Origin: an uncultured Acidobacteriota bacterium
Lineage (GTDB): Bacteria > Acidobacteriota > Thermoanaerobaculia > UBA5066 > Gp7-AA6
DNA: 64,000 nt
Direction of reading: 5' to 3'
Assembly (NCBI GenBank): GCA_963764715.1
Contig: CAVXTP010000021.1
Coordinates: forward strand, 192,001 to 256,000
Every line of letters begins with the position of its first letter. Positions within the stretch are counted from its first letter, which is position 1. The position numbers and the translations under genes are program-made. The notes under the pieces were generated by a model, which saw nothing but the letters and a program-made list of their open reading frames with translations, had not been told where the DNA came from and ran no database searches. Of the stretch, positions 62,469 through 64,000 are shown one piece after another.

Positions 62469-64000
62469 ATGGACAGCCCGCGGTCCCGCGCGTCGCTCGC
62501 CCTGTCGCTCTTCGCCGCGGCGGCGCTCGGCGGCCAGTCCGCGCTGGCCTCGTCCTCGCTCCGCTTCCACGGCAACGGGACGGGCGACATCGACCGCGTG
62601 AAGGTCGCGATCGACGATCCCGCCACCGCTTCTCCGGGCCCTCCGGCCGACGTCGGCGCGGGGGACTTCACGATCGAGTTCTGGCTGAAGGCGAACGCCG
62701 CGGACGACCCGGCGCCGGCGGTGTCCTGCGGCGCGAACGTCGCCTGGCGCGACGGCCACGTCGTCGTCGATCGCGACCGGCTCGGCCTCGACCGCTCCTT
62801 CGGCGTCTCGATCGCGGGCGGCTCGGTCGTCTTCGGCGTGCGCGGCGACGGCACCGGCGACCGGACGATCTGCGGGTCGCGGGACGTCCTCGACTCGCGA
62901 TGGCACCACGTCGCCGTCGAACGTCGGCGCTCCGACGGTCGGATGTGGATCTACGTGGACGGCATCCTCGACGCCGAGGCGGACGGCCCGGACGGGGACG
63001 TGTCGTACCCGGACGACGCGACGCCGGCGGAGGCGAACGATCCGTTCCTCGTTTTCGGCGCGGAGAAGCACGACGAGAACGCCGGGCTCCATCCCTCGTA
63101 CGACGGCCTCCTCGACGAGATCCGGATTTCCACGGCGCGGCGCTACACGGGCGGCTTCACCCGGCCGACGAACCCCTTCGCCGCCGACGCCGACACGGCC
63201 GCCCTCTACCACCTCGACGAGGGCGTCGGCGACGTGGTCGGCGACTCGTCCGGGGCGGCGGGCGGGCCCTCGGACGGGGAACGCAAGTTCGGCGGCTCGC
63301 CGGCCGGGCCTGCGTGGTCGACCGACGTGGCGCCGCTCGGAGGAGACCCGGCGGTCTCGTTCACCCTGGTGACGAACGCCGTCAGCCAGCCGGTGCAGGT
63401 GACGTATCCGCCGGGAGACTTCGCGCGCCTCTTCATCGTGTCGCAGGGCGGCACGATCCGCATCGTCAAGAACGGCACCCTTCTCGGGACGCCGTTCCTC
63501 GACATCGGGGCCCTGACCTCCGACGGCTCGGAGCAGGGACTCCTCTCGATGGCGTTCGACCCGGATTACGCCACCAACGGCGACTTCTACGTCTACTACA
63601 CGAACAACCTGGTGACGCCGGGCGACGTGACGCTGGCCCGTTACCACGTTTCGGCCAATCCCGACGTCGCCGACCCGGCGTCGGCGGCGATCGTGCTCGT
63701 CGTGCCTCACCCGACCAACTCCAATCACAACGGAGGACAGCTCGTGTTCTCGCCCGTCGACGGCTACCTCTACATGGGCACCGGCGACGGAGGCTCGGGC
63801 GGGGATCCGCCCAACAACGCGCAGAACAAGGACGTCCTGCTCGGCAAGCTCCTGCGCCTCGACGTCGGAGGGACCGGCGCGGTGCCCTGCGGCCAGTCGA
63901 CGCCGGCGCCCTACGCCATCCCGCCGTCCAATCCCTTCGTGGGCGCGCCCGGCTGCGACGAGGTCTGGGCGTACGGCCTGCGCAACCCGTGGCGCTACAG
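62469..64000 (+). CDS. Secreted LamG-like + PQQ-dependent sugar dehydrogenase (GSDH) protein, 3'-truncated; absent from the ORF track
   Basis: MDSPRSRASLALSLFAAAALGG signal; DFTIEFW, WHHVAV, LDEIRIS (LamG); NHNGGQLVF, GTGDGGSGGDP, WAYGLRNPWR (GSDH). Confidence 0.9.
   Translation, partial: MDSPRSRASLALSLFAAAALGGQSALASSSLRFHGNGTGDIDRVKVAIDDPATASPGPPADVGAGDFTIEFWLKANAADDPAPAVSCGANVAWRDGHVVVDRDRLGLDRSFGVSIAGGSVVFGVRGDGTGDRTICGSRDVLDSRWHHVAVERRRSDGRMWIYVDGILDAEADGPDGDVSYPDDATPAEANDPFLVFGAEKHDENAGLHPSYDGLLDEIRISTARRYTGGFTRPTNPFAADADTAALYHLDEGVGDVVGDSSGAAGGPSDGERKFGGSPAGPAWSTDVAPLGGDPAVSFTLVTNAVSQPVQVTYPPGDFARLFIVSQGGTIRIVKNGTLLGTPFLDIGALTSDGSEQGLLSMAFDPDYATNGDFYVYYTNNLVTPGDVTLARYHVSANPDVADPASAAIVLVVPHPTNSNHNGGQLVFSPVDGYLYMGTGDGGSGGDPPNNAQNKDVLLGKLLRLDVGGTGAVPCGQSTPAPYAIPPSNPFVGAPGCDEVWAYGLRNPWRY

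Noticed and set aside
60851-64000. Genomic island integrated at tRNA-Gln
   Set aside because: No integrase, no duplicated tRNA 3' end seen, no compositional shift

Overview
High-GC bacterial chromosomal window; gene content suggests Acidobacteriota, probably Thermoanaerobaculia-like (inference). The first 39 kb is a co-oriented tandem array of receptor-like Hanks-type Ser/Thr kinases. Eleven have kinase + single TM + TolB/PD40-type beta-propeller ectodomain (ten between 5259 and 32692); a twelfth is kinase-TolB_N-like-TPR. The array is interrupted by a P450/DUF4136 block, a VapBC toxin-antitoxin pair and a peptidase/DinB/carbonic anhydrase block. Kinase domains are homogenised between neighbours while ectodomains diverge. 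Gene junctions hold translationally coupled mini-ORFs that look like scars of deleted kinase genes; the clearest, 33785-33853, is a kinase N-terminus fused to a kinase C-terminus. The rest is mostly housekeeping (MFS, trxB, aminotransferases, omega-amidase, pruA, moeB, PCD), two large SLH surface proteins, tRNA-Gln(CTG), a glycosyltransferase and a truncated LamG-GSDH protein. An unannotated ~155-nt structured element with compensatory base changes occurs twice (39359-39514 minus, 60930-61085 plus), the second in a REP-like cluster around the tRNA. Five single-base insertions break two genes and are probably sequencing errors. All calls are by eye; no database searches were run.
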